A DNA stretch of 64,000 nt from an uncultured Verrucomicrobiae bacterium (GCA_963762565.1 CAVXLD010000005.1:64001-128000), one strand, 5' to 3'. Counted from the first letter of the stretch, positions 49,732 to 59,581 are shown. A program made the numbers and translations. Notes: generated from the sequence alone by a model not told the origin.

Positions 49732-50080
49732 AGGAGCTAGGAGCTAGGAGCTAGGAGAGGCGCCACGCCTCAATATTTGAATAGCCGCAAAACCTGTCGC
49801 GCCGAAGGCTTGGCGAAGGCGGAAAGGCGCAAAAGGCACAAAAAGAAAGCAAAACTCAACCGCAGCCCCGATATTCTCCGGGGTGAAATTAACGCAGATA
49901 AAATCTCAAGAGCAGCGTTTTGATTTTACGACTCTTTATCTGCGTCTCTCTGTGTTCATCTGCGGTTAAGCCTTTTTGTGCTTCGGTGGCTTTGTGTGAG
50001 GTTTTCTTTGCGTTCCTTGCGTTCTTTCGCGGCTAATTATTTGTCCCCCCTTTTGCGGCTTTTGCGGCTTTTCGCGGCTA
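49732..50080. repeat. Repeat block: TAGGAGC heptamers, GCCGCAAAA array with 31-nt insert (49793-49823), CGCAGAT array with 22-nt insert (49866-49887)
   Basis: Read directly. Confidence 0.85.
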
Positions 50081-50114
50081 TTTATTTCGTCGGATCTTCG
50101 TGGGTCTGGAAAGA

Positions 50115-51062
50115 TTATAGGCTGGCCATAGACATACGAACGCCTTCCGCATACGACGTTTTGTTCAACGGGCCTAAGAGATTGGTAAGCGCGCCATCGT
50201 CTAAGAACAGCGGTTGAGTGAATAGATAGTGCATCTCAGCGACCTCTCTTAGAAGTGGATTGAACAAGCCTACGAGTTGCAACATGCGTTTCCCTGCGAC
50301 GAACTTCCGCAGTGATCTTCCGGTAATGGATTCAACCAACTTTACCATTTCAGCTAAAGTGATTTTACCGGCGCCCGCCAGATTCCAGGTGTGACCATAA
50401 GCTCGGTCTTCGTGGATCAAACGGAACAGGAGTCGGGCGGCATCCGGGATATAAACGTATTCGTGTGGCCTATTAAGCGGTCCGATCAACTGCGCTGTTT
50501 TGCCGCTAGTTGCAGCCTGAAACAGGCTGGAAAGGTAACTCCTTTCGACCTTGGGACCGTAAAAATCAGGTAAGCGCAGAATCGTGCCGCGGATTCGTCC
50601 CGCCGCATCAGCGGTGAGCAGAATATCTTCTTGTTCCTTACGCATTCGGCCTTTGAAGGTCTGCGGGTTCCGGGGATGATCCTCCCGGACTAGAGTTGTT
50701 TGAGCAAGTCCGAAGGGGTAGACCGTCCCGACCAGAGTACAACGCTCGACTCCCTTTTCGATCGCTGCGGTCAACACTTGTTCGAACAAAATCGGATGTA
50801 ACCGGAACTCGGTATAGGGCACTCCGACCAGATAAACGAGGGTTTGGATTCCCTCTAGGGCAGCACTGACCGTTTCGGGTTTTGCCGGGTCCCAGACGGC
50901 GAGATCGGCGTGTGGGCGAGCTGCGAATGCAGATCGGAGCTGGGTCAGGGAACGACCAACGACCCGAAAAGGTTGAGAACCGAAGAGAGGGGCTAACGCT
51001 TGTCCGAGGGTACCGGACCCGCCGAACAAGGCAATGGTGGGATAATTATGAGTTGCAGACAT
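50115..51062 (-). CDS. NAD-dependent epimerase/dehydratase family protein
   Basis: FGGSGTLG, KGRMR and LRLPDFYGP. ATG 51062. Confidence 0.9.
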   Translation of the reverse strand: MSATHNYPTIALFGGSGTLGQALAPLFGSQPFRVVGRSLTQLRSAFAARPHADLAVWDPAKPETVSAALEGIQTLVYLVGVPYTEFRLHPILFEQVLTAAIEKGVERCTLVGTVYPFGLAQTTLVREDHPRNPQTFKGRMRKEQEDILLTADAAGRIRGTILRLPDFYGPKVERSYLSSLFQAATSGKTAQLIGPLNRPHEYVYIPDAARLLFRLIHEDRAYGHTWNLAGAGKITLAEMVKLVESITGRSLRKFVAGKRMLQLVGLFNPLLREVAEMHYLFTQPLFLDDGALTNLLGPLNKTSYAEGVRMSMASL

Positions 51063-51075
51063 AAACAAGTAGATA

Positions 51076-51120
51076 TGAACAATGATCAATAAATGAACTA
51101 TGTTTACTAAACGACGTTCA
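51076..51120. promoter_or_regulatory. Three candidate TetR operator palindromes, TRAACnnnGWTYA
   Basis: TGAACaatGATCA (51076), TGAACtatGTTTA (51094) and TAAACgacGTTCA (51108), in the divergent intergenic region. Confidence 0.7.
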
Positions 51121-51164
51121 GTTTGCATTGGATTTTGGGCCCGTCAACCCTATTTTAGAGTCCA

Positions 51165-51779
51165 GTGTCGACCATCGCTCGCGCCCGACGTAAACAAGTC
51201 CTTCGCCAGAAAATCTTAGATGTATCCCGCGAAATCCTGCTCTCCCAGGGGTTCGCAGCGCTCACCATGCGACGGGTGGCTGAAGCGATCGATTATTCTC
51301 CCGCGGCGATCTATCTGCATTTCGAAAGCCGGGAACAGATCGCGCAAGAACTTTGTTTTGCCGGGCTTAAACGGCTTTATGAGCGGCTCCAGAGTGTCGC
51401 TGCGAAAGATCCGGCAACCCAGCTGTCTGGTTATGCTCGGGCTTATCTTGAGTATGCCCAAAGCGACCCGGAAACCTACCGACTTATTTTTATGGCGGAC
51501 TCGCAGCTCAGCAAAGCGGTTTTCACTCATCGCGAGGCCGACAAAGCCGGAGCCGGAGAAGCGGCCCTTGGGCTGATTTTGACCGCATTTACCGAGCTTC
51601 AAATCGGTTCAAAAAAGCTGCAGCCGAAACCCATGGAGCTCGCTGAGCTCTTTTGGTCCGGCCTGCATGGATTAGCCAGCCTGCGGATCGCGTGTTCCCG
51701 TGCGTTGACGAGCGATGAATTCCGGTTGGCCCAGATGTTAACGGCGACGATAACGGGGAAGACAGGAGCTAGGAGCTAG
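51165..51779 (+). CDS. TetR/AcrR-family regulator (WHG-type C-terminus)
   Basis: LTMRRVAEAIDYSPAAIYLHF and WSGLHGL. Confidence 0.95.
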   Translation: MSTIARARRKQVLRQKILDVSREILLSQGFAALTMRRVAEAIDYSPAAIYLHFESREQIAQELCFAGLKRLYERLQSVAAKDPATQLSGYARAYLEYAQSDPETYRLIFMADSQLSKAVFTHREADKAGAGEAALGLILTAFTELQIGSKKLQPKPMELAELFWSGLHGLASLRIACSRALTSDEFRLAQMLTATITGKTGARS

Positions 51780-51818
51780 GAGAGGCGCCAAGCCGGCAAT
51801 ATTGATTAGCCGCGAAGC

Positions 51819-51939
51819 GGGGAGGGCGCGCGTCCCCGCGCGCCGCGAGGGCGCGCCACCCCGAGAGTGTATTTTCGTCCGCGATCACAACACCACCTCG
51901 GCTTCGGTAACCACGGACCGCGAGGACGCGGTCCCTCCC
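51819..51939. repeat. GGGAGGG...CCCTCCC REPIN-like element
   Basis: Arms gggagggcgcgcgtccccgcgcgcc and gaggacgcggtccctccc; spacer similar to the 28329 and 62062 copies. Confidence 0.88.
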
Positions 51940-52032
51940 GGCGATGGGCCTGCACTCAACCCAAGAACGACCCTTCCGGGAGTGGCGTTGTGTCGTTATT
52001 TGTGCGTTCTATGCCCTCTTTTGCGGCTATTC

Positions 52033-53061
52033 CTAGGCCGGGGCATTCGCAGTCGCTTCGATCACGACCATGGGCGGACGGATCGGTTTGACCTTGGAGA
52101 AGCGGAAACCCGCCATCTCGATCAATCCGCGGTACTCGTCCAGTGTCCGCTCGCGCCCGGTTAACATCACCATCATGTTTAGATCCATCAATGGTCCGAA
52201 AGGCGGTTCGCCCATTTCGCCGAGCAACATCTCGATTATCGCGACTCTGCCACCGGGTCTGATTGATTCCCGGCATCGCTTCAGGATCGATACGGCTTCT
52301 TTGTCACTCCAATCATGGAGAACGTGTTTGAGCAGATAGAGATCTGCGGCCGGCACGAATTCGAAAAAGTTTGCCGGGAAAGCGGTGCTCCGGTTGCTAA
52401 ACCCTAACTCGCGGGCAGCCGTTTCGGCGCGTCTTACCACCTCGGGTAAGTCGACTACGATACCATGCAGATGCGGGTTTGCTGCCATCAAGCCATGAAC
52501 CAATGTGCCGCTGGCGCCTCCGATATCAGCAACCAATGCTACGTCCGAGGTGTCGATAGCGCCGACTACATCTTCAACAAGACCGGAAGTAAATCCGTGC
52601 ATCGCTCGAGTGAAGGCTGCGCCTTCTTCCGGTTGTTCCTTATAATAATCCCAGATGCTGCCTCCGAGAGTTGAAAGTGTCTGCGGCGCATTTGTGCGTA
52701 ACGCAGTCGCCAATTTACCCCAAGGTTGCCAATGCCCTGACGAAGTCCAAGCGACGGCGAGACTATGCAATGAACCGGCGACATCGCTCTGCAGAGTGCC
52801 GAGCAACCGGGTCGCCGTAAACCTGGTTCCATCGTAAGTGACAAGGCCAAGCGACCCACAGGCACGGAGCAACCGGAAAGTCGCTTCTGGATCGATCCCT
52901 TCCCAGCCCGCAATCTCATCTGCAGTCGCTGATCCTTTAGCCAGATGATCTGCGATGGAGTAAGTAGCGATGGCGCCGGCAATCTGGGTCGTTAAGAAAC
53001 CGGTAAGCATGCCCATCATCTGACCAAAATCTTCTCCTGTTGGTGATAACCTCGTCGTCAT
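52033..53061 (-). CDS. SAM-dependent O-methyltransferase with N-terminal dimerisation domain
   Basis: DIGGASG, DLPEV, LLKHVLHDW and GRERT. Confidence 0.93.
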   Translation of the reverse strand: MTTRLSPTGEDFGQMMGMLTGFLTTQIAGAIATYSIADHLAKGSATADEIAGWEGIDPEATFRLLRACGSLGLVTYDGTRFTATRLLGTLQSDVAGSLHSLAVAWTSSGHWQPWGKLATALRTNAPQTLSTLGGSIWDYYKEQPEEGAAFTRAMHGFTSGLVEDVVGAIDTSDVALVADIGGASGTLVHGLMAANPHLHGIVVDLPEVVRRAETAARELGFSNRSTAFPANFFEFVPAADLYLLKHVLHDWSDKEAVSILKRCRESIRPGGRVAIIEMLLGEMGEPPFGPLMDLNMMVMLTGRERTLDEYRGLIEMAGFRFSKVKPIRPPMVVIEATANAPA

Positions 53062-53210
53062 AGCTGCATGTTTTAGCCCAGGAGTAACGCCTTCGATTCG
53101 ATTATGTCCGGGCTGCCGTAAACGAAGTCTGGATTTTGCGGGTGGGTATCATTCTCGTTCTCGTTCTCGTCCTCGTCGTCGTCCTCGAAACTGGGTTTGG
53201 CTGATGCAAC

Positions 53211-53519
53211 GTGCGATCGCCCAGCGCCTGGAGGGGAGCCGCTTTGGCGTGTATTAGGTGACCTCGCGATATTTGCTTTAGCGCTCCGGTCGGCCAAAGA
53301 ATATCGCAACAGGCGGCTCCCGCGAATGACCCAACGGTTCGCAGCTCTACGGTCGGCGGCTGAACGAATCGAAACTCACACGTGAATGCATCACGCTGGG
53401 TTACTCCCGGGAGCCGCTTGTTTTCACACGCAATGGCCGGACTACCTTTGGGAGGAAATGTGCTAGGGCGGCGATATGCGCACCAAAGCGGCTCCCCTCC
53501 AAGCGCTGGGCGATGGCAC
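53211..53519. repeat. ~300-nt palindromic MITE/REPIN-like element, copy 1
   Basis: cccagcgcctggaggggagccgcttt ... aaagcggctcccctccaagcgctggg, with inner ggcggctcccg/cgggagccgc. Confidence 0.88.
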
Positions 53520-53683
53520 GCTGTATCGACCCGCGAACCTTTCGACGACGACTACGATCGAGCCGCGACACGTCTCTACTAGCTCCTAGATTCTAGCTCC
53601 TGGGTGCTTTTCTCTTTGGGCTATTCCCAACTCCCTCCTTTGAGACATTGACGCAGTCCAAGCTTCAACGGACGGTTGGTTCC

Positions 53684-54790
53684 ATGGATCATTCGAAGAC
53701 GGCAGAGGGGAGAATAGAAACCGGACTTTTCACACCCTTAACCATTCGCGGGGTGAATTTTCGTAACCGGATCGCGGTTTCTCCGATGTGCGAGTACTCG
53801 TGCCAGGATGGTTTCGCGAACGACTGGCATCTGGTTCACTTGGGAAGTCGGGCGGTTGGCGGGGCGGCGTTAGTGCTCACAGAGGCTGCCGCTGTGGAAG
53901 CACGTGGCCGGATCTCACCCGCTGATCTGGGGATCTGGAAGGATGAACATATCGAGAAACTGTCGCAGATCACCTCGTTTATTAAAGAGCAAGGTGTTCT
54001 ACCCGGAATGCAGATCGCCCACGCGGGTAGGAAAGCGAGTTGCCGGGTTCCATGGGAAGGCGGCTCCGCCATTCCGGCGGGGGAAGGTGGCTGGCAAACG
54101 GTCGCCCCTAGCGCTGTGCCGTTCCGTAACACTGATCCTGCCCCTAATGAATTAAGCCTCCCTGAAATCGTAAGAATCGTGGAAGCCTTTGGTGCAGCTG
54201 CTCGTCGGGCGTTAGCTGCCGGGTTCCAGGTGATTGAGATCCATGCTGCACATGGCTATCTACTGCACGAATTTTATTCGCCGCTGTCTAATCGGCGTAC
54301 CGACGAGTATGGCGGTTCGTTCGAAAACCGGATCAGGCTCACCCTTGAAGTGGCAAAGACGGTCCGCTCAATTTTATCGGGTCACAATCCATTGTTTGTC
54401 CGGATCTCATCTACAGACTGGATGGAGAACGGTTGGACACTGGACGAGTCAGTTAAACTAGCTGAACGCCTGCGGGACGTTGGAGTCGATCTAATCGATT
54501 GTTCTTCTGGCGGAGTGGTTCCCAATGCGAAAATCAGTGTTGGCCCTGCTTATCAAGCGCCGTTCGCTGAACGGATCCGAAAGGAAGCCGATATTTTAAC
54601 TGGAGCTGTTGGCATGATCACGGATCCCGACCAAGCAAACCGGATCGTTCGATCCGGACAAGCCGATCTCGTGTTGTTAGCTCGCCAAATGCTTCGAGAT
54701 CCTTACTGGCCATTGCACGCAGCACAAGCTCTTAAGGGCCCGCTCGAGCCGCCTGTGCAATATTTGCGGGCGTTCCCGGAACAGGAGTGA
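53684..54790 (+). CDS. NADH:flavin oxidoreductase, old yellow enzyme (YqjM/NamA-like)
   Basis: SPMCEYS, QIAHAGRKAS, HAAHGYLLHEF and YGGSFENR. Confidence 0.95.
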   Translation: MDHSKTAEGRIETGLFTPLTIRGVNFRNRIAVSPMCEYSCQDGFANDWHLVHLGSRAVGGAALVLTEAAAVEARGRISPADLGIWKDEHIEKLSQITSFIKEQGVLPGMQIAHAGRKASCRVPWEGGSAIPAGEGGWQTVAPSAVPFRNTDPAPNELSLPEIVRIVEAFGAAARRALAAGFQVIEIHAAHGYLLHEFYSPLSNRRTDEYGGSFENRIRLTLEVAKTVRSILSGHNPLFVRISSTDWMENGWTLDESVKLAERLRDVGVDLIDCSSGGVVPNAKISVGPAYQAPFAERIRKEADILTGAVGMITDPDQANRIVRSGQADLVLLARQMLRDPYWPLHAAQALKGPLEPPVQYLRAFPEQE

Positions 54791-54796
54791 GAGGCG

Positions 54797-54956
54797 GCGC
54801 TTCGCGAATAGCCGATAGCCGAGCGAAGCGCATAACAGATGACAAATGACAAATGACAGATTCGACCTGTGCGTGGCAGACGGCAATTGGGGCGCCGCAT
54901 ACCGATCCGAGTTGCCATCGGCTATCGGCTATTGGCTATTGGTCATGCGCGAAGCG
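54797..54956. repeat. Inverted TAGCCGA/TGACAAA heptamer arrays with CGCTTCGCG caps
   Basis: Between the convergent OYE and SDR genes. Confidence 0.85.
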
Positions 54957-55742
54957 CTAGTCGCGGACGCCGAGAACGGCGTCTTGCACTTGGTCGATTA
55001 GTGCGCCGTTCATCGGGATCGAAATATCGCTGAGCAGGAACAAAGCGAGGTGGGCGACATCTTGCGGCTTGATAAGCCGGCCCCATGACATGCGGGCCTC
55101 GGCTTCCTCCAACCATGCTTCGCCTCTTCCCAGTTTCACCGCTTGCATCTCCCGTTCTCCGTCAGTGTCCGCCCAACCGAGGTTAATCCCGAATATGCGG
55201 ATCCGATCCTTTCTATGGGCAAAAGCAGCGTTCTTGGTGAGAAGCGAGAGCGCGGCCTTAGTAGCGCCATAGATCGCGAGATTAACCGATGCTCCGTGGG
55301 CTTGGAACGATAAGACATTGACAATCGAGCCGGGTGCTTTGCGTTCCTGCAGATGGCGGATCACAGCCTGCATCAGAAACATCGGGGCACGCGTGTTTAC
55401 GGCAAACAGAAGATCAAAGAAGGCCGGATCCACCGTGGCCACCGACCCGCGGTCGCTGAGCCCGGCCGCATTAACCAACCCATCTAGCCGGCCAAACTGT
55501 TCGACGGCTGACGCTACAATCTTGCCAGGAGCGTCATGCTCCACCAGGTCGCCGGGAACAAAAGCGGCTTTCGCCCCTAGTTTCGATATTTCGGCGGCGA
55601 CCGCATCCACACGCTTGCTTGGGCGATCAGTGAGAACAATTCCGGCCGCACCAGAGCGGGCAGCTTCAATCGCAATTGCTCTGCCCAGGCCTTGCGCAGC
55701 GCCAGTTACCAGAAAAATTTTGTTATCAACACGAACTTCCAT
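54957..55742 (-). CDS. SDR family oxidoreductase
   Basis: TGAAQGLG, VNAAG and YGATK. Confidence 0.95.
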   Translation of the reverse strand: MEVRVDNKIFLVTGAAQGLGRAIAIEAARSGAAGIVLTDRPSKRVDAVAAEISKLGAKAAFVPGDLVEHDAPGKIVASAVEQFGRLDGLVNAAGLSDRGSVATVDPAFFDLLFAVNTRAPMFLMQAVIRHLQERKAPGSIVNVLSFQAHGASVNLAIYGATKAALSLLTKNAAFAHRKDRIRIFGINLGWADTDGEREMQAVKLGRGEAWLEEAEARMSWGRLIKPQDVAHLALFLLSDISIPMNGALIDQVQDAVLGVRD

Positions 55743-55761
55743 TTAGGGACCCTTGGAGAGA

Positions 55762-56025
55762 TGGAGCGGTGGAGTGATGGAGTGATGGAGTAACGGAGTA
55801 GCGGAGTGTTGCTGTAGTGGCTGTGGTGCTGGCACGTCTACAAGAGGCGAAGCTTGGGTGGAGAACACCATCTGCGTAAATCTGCGTTCATCCGCCTTCG
55901 CAAAGCCTACGGCGCGACAGGTTCTGCGGTTGAAAATGTTTTGCATTTTATTCGCGTCCATTCGCGGTTTTTGGTTTGCGCTTTTTGTGCCTTTCCGCCT
56001 TCGAAGCGACAGGTTTTGCGGTTAA
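55762..56025. repeat. GGAGTRRY octamers and CGCAGAT array with 31-nt insert (55891-55921)
   Basis: Read directly. Confidence 0.8.
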
Positions 56026-56039
56026 TCCTGGTTTTCGAT

Positions 56040-57110
56040 TTAGGGTGCTGACGCGGTTTCCTGTGGCAACAATACCGCTTTCACGATTTCGCCGGAATGC
56101 ATGGTTTCAAATGCCGTGTGCCACTCGGCTAATGGGAAGATCCGGCTGAACTCTGGACCGAGGTTCAATTGACCCGAGGCCAACAAACGGATGATTCGTT
56201 CCCAGATCGGCCAATTATGCGAAAAGCTGCCCTGCAAGGTCACCGCTTTCTTAACCAATGGATCCAGCGAAAAATTAAATGGTTGATGGCCCCAACCGAC
56301 TTTACTGATCTGGCCGGCCGGCCGAACAATATCCAGTGCGAGCTTGAGCGTAACGGAAACGCCGGCGGCATCGACCACGACATCGAACCCGTGTCCATCT
56401 CGGAGTGACCGGGTCCACGCGACAACATCTTCACCGTCGGCACCGAGAGTCGCGGAAGCGCCAAGCCGCTCTGCAATTTGCAATCGACGTTTATCCGCGG
56501 GCGTACCGATCACGACGATCTCACCGGCGCCGGCAAGCTTTGCCATAGTGGCGCACAGAAGTCCGATCGGCCCTGGCCCGATCACTGCGACCGTGTCGCC
56601 GGGGAAAATACGGGCATTACCACAGGTAGCATTGTAAGCAACACAACAAGGTTCGGTTAAAGCGGCGAGTTCAAAACCTAACTTGTCGGGAACATGATGC
56701 AGGATACGTTCCGGCACCTTTGTGAAGTGGGTCATGGCTCCGTCAACACCAAACCCGTACCCGCGTCGGCCGGGATCCAGATTATACAAGCCGGAGTGAG
56801 CAAAGGGAGAGCTCTCATCGATGATCGCCGCGGTTTCACTGACTACGCGATCTCCTTCCTTAAAACCGTGAACGTTCTTACCGGCCTCAACGATCACTCC
56901 GCCAAACTCGTGCCCTAAGATCACCGGATAATTGATATTCCCGCCGGTGTGCTTCTCGTAAGCTACGTGAATATCGGTGCCGCAAACCCCGACCGCTTGA
57001 ACGGCCAGTAGCACCTCGTTTTCACCAATTTGCGGGACCGGAACTTCGCGGAGCTCGACACTGTGAGGTTCAGCTGCGTAGTTAACAACGGCGGGCATTG
57101 TGCTATTCAT
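56040..57110 (-). CDS. Zinc-binding (MDR) alcohol/sugar dehydrogenase
   Basis: GVCGTD, GHEFGG, EP and GPGPIG. ATG 57110; the upstream ORF extension is repeat-derived. Confidence 0.93.
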   Translation of the reverse strand: MNSTMPAVVNYAAEPHSVELREVPVPQIGENEVLLAVQAVGVCGTDIHVAYEKHTGGNINYPVILGHEFGGVIVEAGKNVHGFKEGDRVVSETAAIIDESSPFAHSGLYNLDPGRRGYGFGVDGAMTHFTKVPERILHHVPDKLGFELAALTEPCCVAYNATCGNARIFPGDTVAVIGPGPIGLLCATMAKLAGAGEIVVIGTPADKRRLQIAERLGASATLGADGEDVVAWTRSLRDGHGFDVVVDAAGVSVTLKLALDIVRPAGQISKVGWGHQPFNFSLDPLVKKAVTLQGSFSHNWPIWERIIRLLASGQLNLGPEFSRIFPLAEWHTAFETMHSGEIVKAVLLPQETASAP

Positions 57111-57230
57111 GAGCAATGGGGTTGCATGACATGTGGATCGATTGTGGACGGCATGCAAGGGGCAGGTGAGAAGGAGAGGTGAAAGGTGATTGGTGATTGG
57201 TGGCGGTCGAGTCGTGGAGCGATGGTCGTA

Positions 57231-57519
57231 CCCGAAGCGGGCGGAGAAACCCAGCGCCTGGAGGGGAGCCGCTTTGCAGGTCGGCAGCTTTGTCGGGCGG
57301 CAGCCACCGAAAGCATTCGGGGTAGACAGGCGGCTCCCGGGAATAGTCCCTGGCGATGCTTTTGCCCGGCGTCTCTGTTTCGATTCCGTTAGTCGAGGCG
57401 AGTTCAACAGAGCTGCAAAACGCTGGCACATTCCCGGGAGCCGCCTGCTGCGAACCTGCAAAGCTGCCAACCTACAAAGCGGCTCCCCTCCAGGCGCTGG
57501 GTTTCTCCGCCCGCTCGGG
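57231..57519. repeat. ~290-nt palindromic MITE/REPIN-like element, copy 2
   Basis: gcgggcggagaaacccagcgcctggaggggagccgctttg ... caaagcggctcccctccaggcgctgggtttctccgcccgc. Confidence 0.9.
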
Positions 57520-57576
57520 CACCGCTCCGTCACGATTCGAAGCTGCAAACGACCCCATTCTGGCTAATCTTGCGCG

Positions 57577-58398
57577 ATGGATCAGAACCCCTCATTGCGA
57601 ATTGCATTCAGTACTTTGGCGTTCACGGATCGGAACCTGGAGGCGGCGATCTCGCTTGGCAGCTCGCTAGGCTACGCTGGTGTCGAGCTGCGGGTCATTG
57701 ACGGAAAACTATTTGATTCTTCCTTGTCCGCCGTCGACCGCGCACGCGTTAAGCAGACGGTTGCGGCCGCTCGTTTGCCGATTGTGGCGGTCGGTAGCTC
57801 GGTCGTTCTCACCAAAGAAGAACCTGGTCCTGAACTGCGCCGAATGCTCGAGCTCACGAACGAATGGGAATCGCCGTTTATCCGCGTCTATGGCGGTCAG
57901 TTATCCGAAGATTCTGCGACTCGCCAAAAGCAGATGGAGTCGGCGGTTAAAGTGTTGGAGGAAGCGATCCCGATCGCCGAACGCCTTGGTGTGGTTATGC
58001 TGATCGAGACGCATGATGGCTTTTCCGCTTCTTCGGTGACGGCGGAACTCCTGGCCAAGGTTCCATCAAAATGGGTCGGCGCCATATGGGATAGTCTTCA
58101 CCCACATCGGATGGGGGAAACACCCACTGAAGTTTACCAGAACATTGGTGCTCGAACTTTTCACGTCCACATTAAGGATGGCCGGCGTTCAGCGGCACAC
58201 AAAGGCGGTTGGCAACTCGTGCCGTTAGGTGAAGGAGAGGTACCGGTTCCGGAAGTGATCCAATTGCTGGTTGCCGGTGGTTACAAAGGTTTTCTCACGG
58301 TCGAGTGGGAAAAATATTGGCACCCTGAGATCGAAGCGGCTGAAGTGGCTCTTCCACATGAGTTGAAGGTGCTGCAGGGCCTTGTGAATAGCCGATAG
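57577..58398 (+). CDS. Sugar phosphate isomerase/epimerase (xylose-isomerase-like TIM barrel)
   Basis: GYAGVELR, IETHD, WD..H, HVHIKD and TVEWEK. Confidence 0.92.
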   Translation: MDQNPSLRIAFSTLAFTDRNLEAAISLGSSLGYAGVELRVIDGKLFDSSLSAVDRARVKQTVAAARLPIVAVGSSVVLTKEEPGPELRRMLELTNEWESPFIRVYGGQLSEDSATRQKQMESAVKVLEEAIPIAERLGVVMLIETHDGFSASSVTAELLAKVPSKWVGAIWDSLHPHRMGETPTEVYQNIGARTFHVHIKDGRRSAAHKGGWQLVPLGEGEVPVPEVIQLLVAGGYKGFLTVEWEKYWHPEIEAAEVALPHELKVLQGLVNSR

Positions 58399-58614
58399 CC
58401 GATAGCCAAGAGGAGAGCCTCGCGCAGAGGACGCGAAGGACGCAACGGATTGTCTATTAACGGGGTTCAACCGGGAGGTTGGCCAGTCGTTTAATACCGT
58501 TTTTAAGATGTTCCTCGCCGAGATTGATCAGGTATCCGAGGACTCAATCCAGATTCTTCCTTGTCTTTCGTTGCGTCCTTTGCGTCCTTTGCGCGAGGCT
58601 CTGACTTTTCGCAG

Positions 58615-59256
58615 CTATTCCTTCTTCTCGCTGTCCTTCTTTGCTTTCTCCTCGTAGTTTTGCATTAGTTTTTCCGAGGCTTGACGGGCGGCGGCGCGGA
58701 GAAGCATTTCTTGTTCGTCCGGGTTGTTACGAAGGTCTTCGGGTAGGATCGCCGGTAAACTCTTATCGTCACTCTTAATGACTGCTTCGTGTGACCACAG
58801 CGTTTTGTCATCCGGTGTAACCAGTTCGGCGTATAGGGTCATCAGCGGGCGCACTTGGCGTGACACTATCTCCGCCATACCGAAGCCGTATTTGCGTACA
58901 GCCAGACGAAACCGGTCATCTGTCGTACTGTTGTCCTCCGGGGTAAAACCTTTGCTGCGGATGACATCGGAGAATTCTTCATGAACAAAGACGGCGAGCG
59001 GCGTCAGGTTACGGCGTTGGCTGGTCGCGTCATGAACATACTTTTTGACAGCACCTCTGGTCGCCACTGAGGCTGCCAGCCCCATCGAAGCTGCGAGTTC
59101 TATCGATTGGGACAAGCCGATGAACGTCATTTTTTCAGGGTACGGAATGGACTGGTCGACCTGAACAGGGCCGGGAGAAAGAGCACTGGCCGAAATTGAC
59201 TCCAACATCGCGGCACAGATAGCCAAACACAACGCTAAACGATAGGCACAACTCAT
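58615..59256 (-). CDS. Hypothetical secreted protein
   Basis: Signal-like N-terminus; AELVTPDDKTLWS pattern; start uncertain. Confidence 0.65.
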   Translation of the reverse strand: MSCAYRLALCLAICAAMLESISASALSPGPVQVDQSIPYPEKMTFIGLSQSIELAASMGLAASVATRGAVKKYVHDATSQRRNLTPLAVFVHEEFSDVIRSKGFTPEDNSTTDDRFRLAVRKYGFGMAEIVSRQVRPLMTLYAELVTPDDKTLWSHEAVIKSDDKSLPAILPEDLRNNPDEQEMLLRAAARQASEKLMQNYEEKAKKDSEKKE

Positions 59257-59264
59257 CTACGAGC

Positions 59265-59556
59265 GTCACACAAAGCCACGATGACACAAAGATCAAGGTT
59301 CGGGTTAATAGCTCCGCCTTCGCCAAGTCTATGGCGCGACTAGCTGCGAAAAGGCACAAAAAGCGCAAAGAAAAAAGCGAAGAAAATCTCACGCAAAGAC
59401 GCAAAGACGCAAAGGTTAAGAGGGTGATCTATAAACAATGCGCGGCTCTAGTAGGCTGCGCCCTTTTCAACGCCGAATTTCATCTGCGTAAATCCGCGTC
59501 CATCTGCGGTTCCACTGTCTTTTGCCTTTGCGTCTTTGCGGCTTTGCGTGAGATTT
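59265..59556. repeat. Nested CGCAAAGAC / CGCAGAT inverted arrays with a mini-hairpin
   Basis: aaaatctcacgcaaagacgcaaagacgcaaag ... ctttgcgtctttgcggctttgcgtgagattt. Confidence 0.85.
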
Positions 59557-59581
59557 CGTCTTCGTTTTGCGGGCCTCGATC

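Noticed and set aside
57111..57548. 146-aa N-terminal extension of the Zn-dehydrogenase ORF
   Set aside because: Runs through the palindromic element and heptamers; MDR homology starts at MNSTMPAVV.
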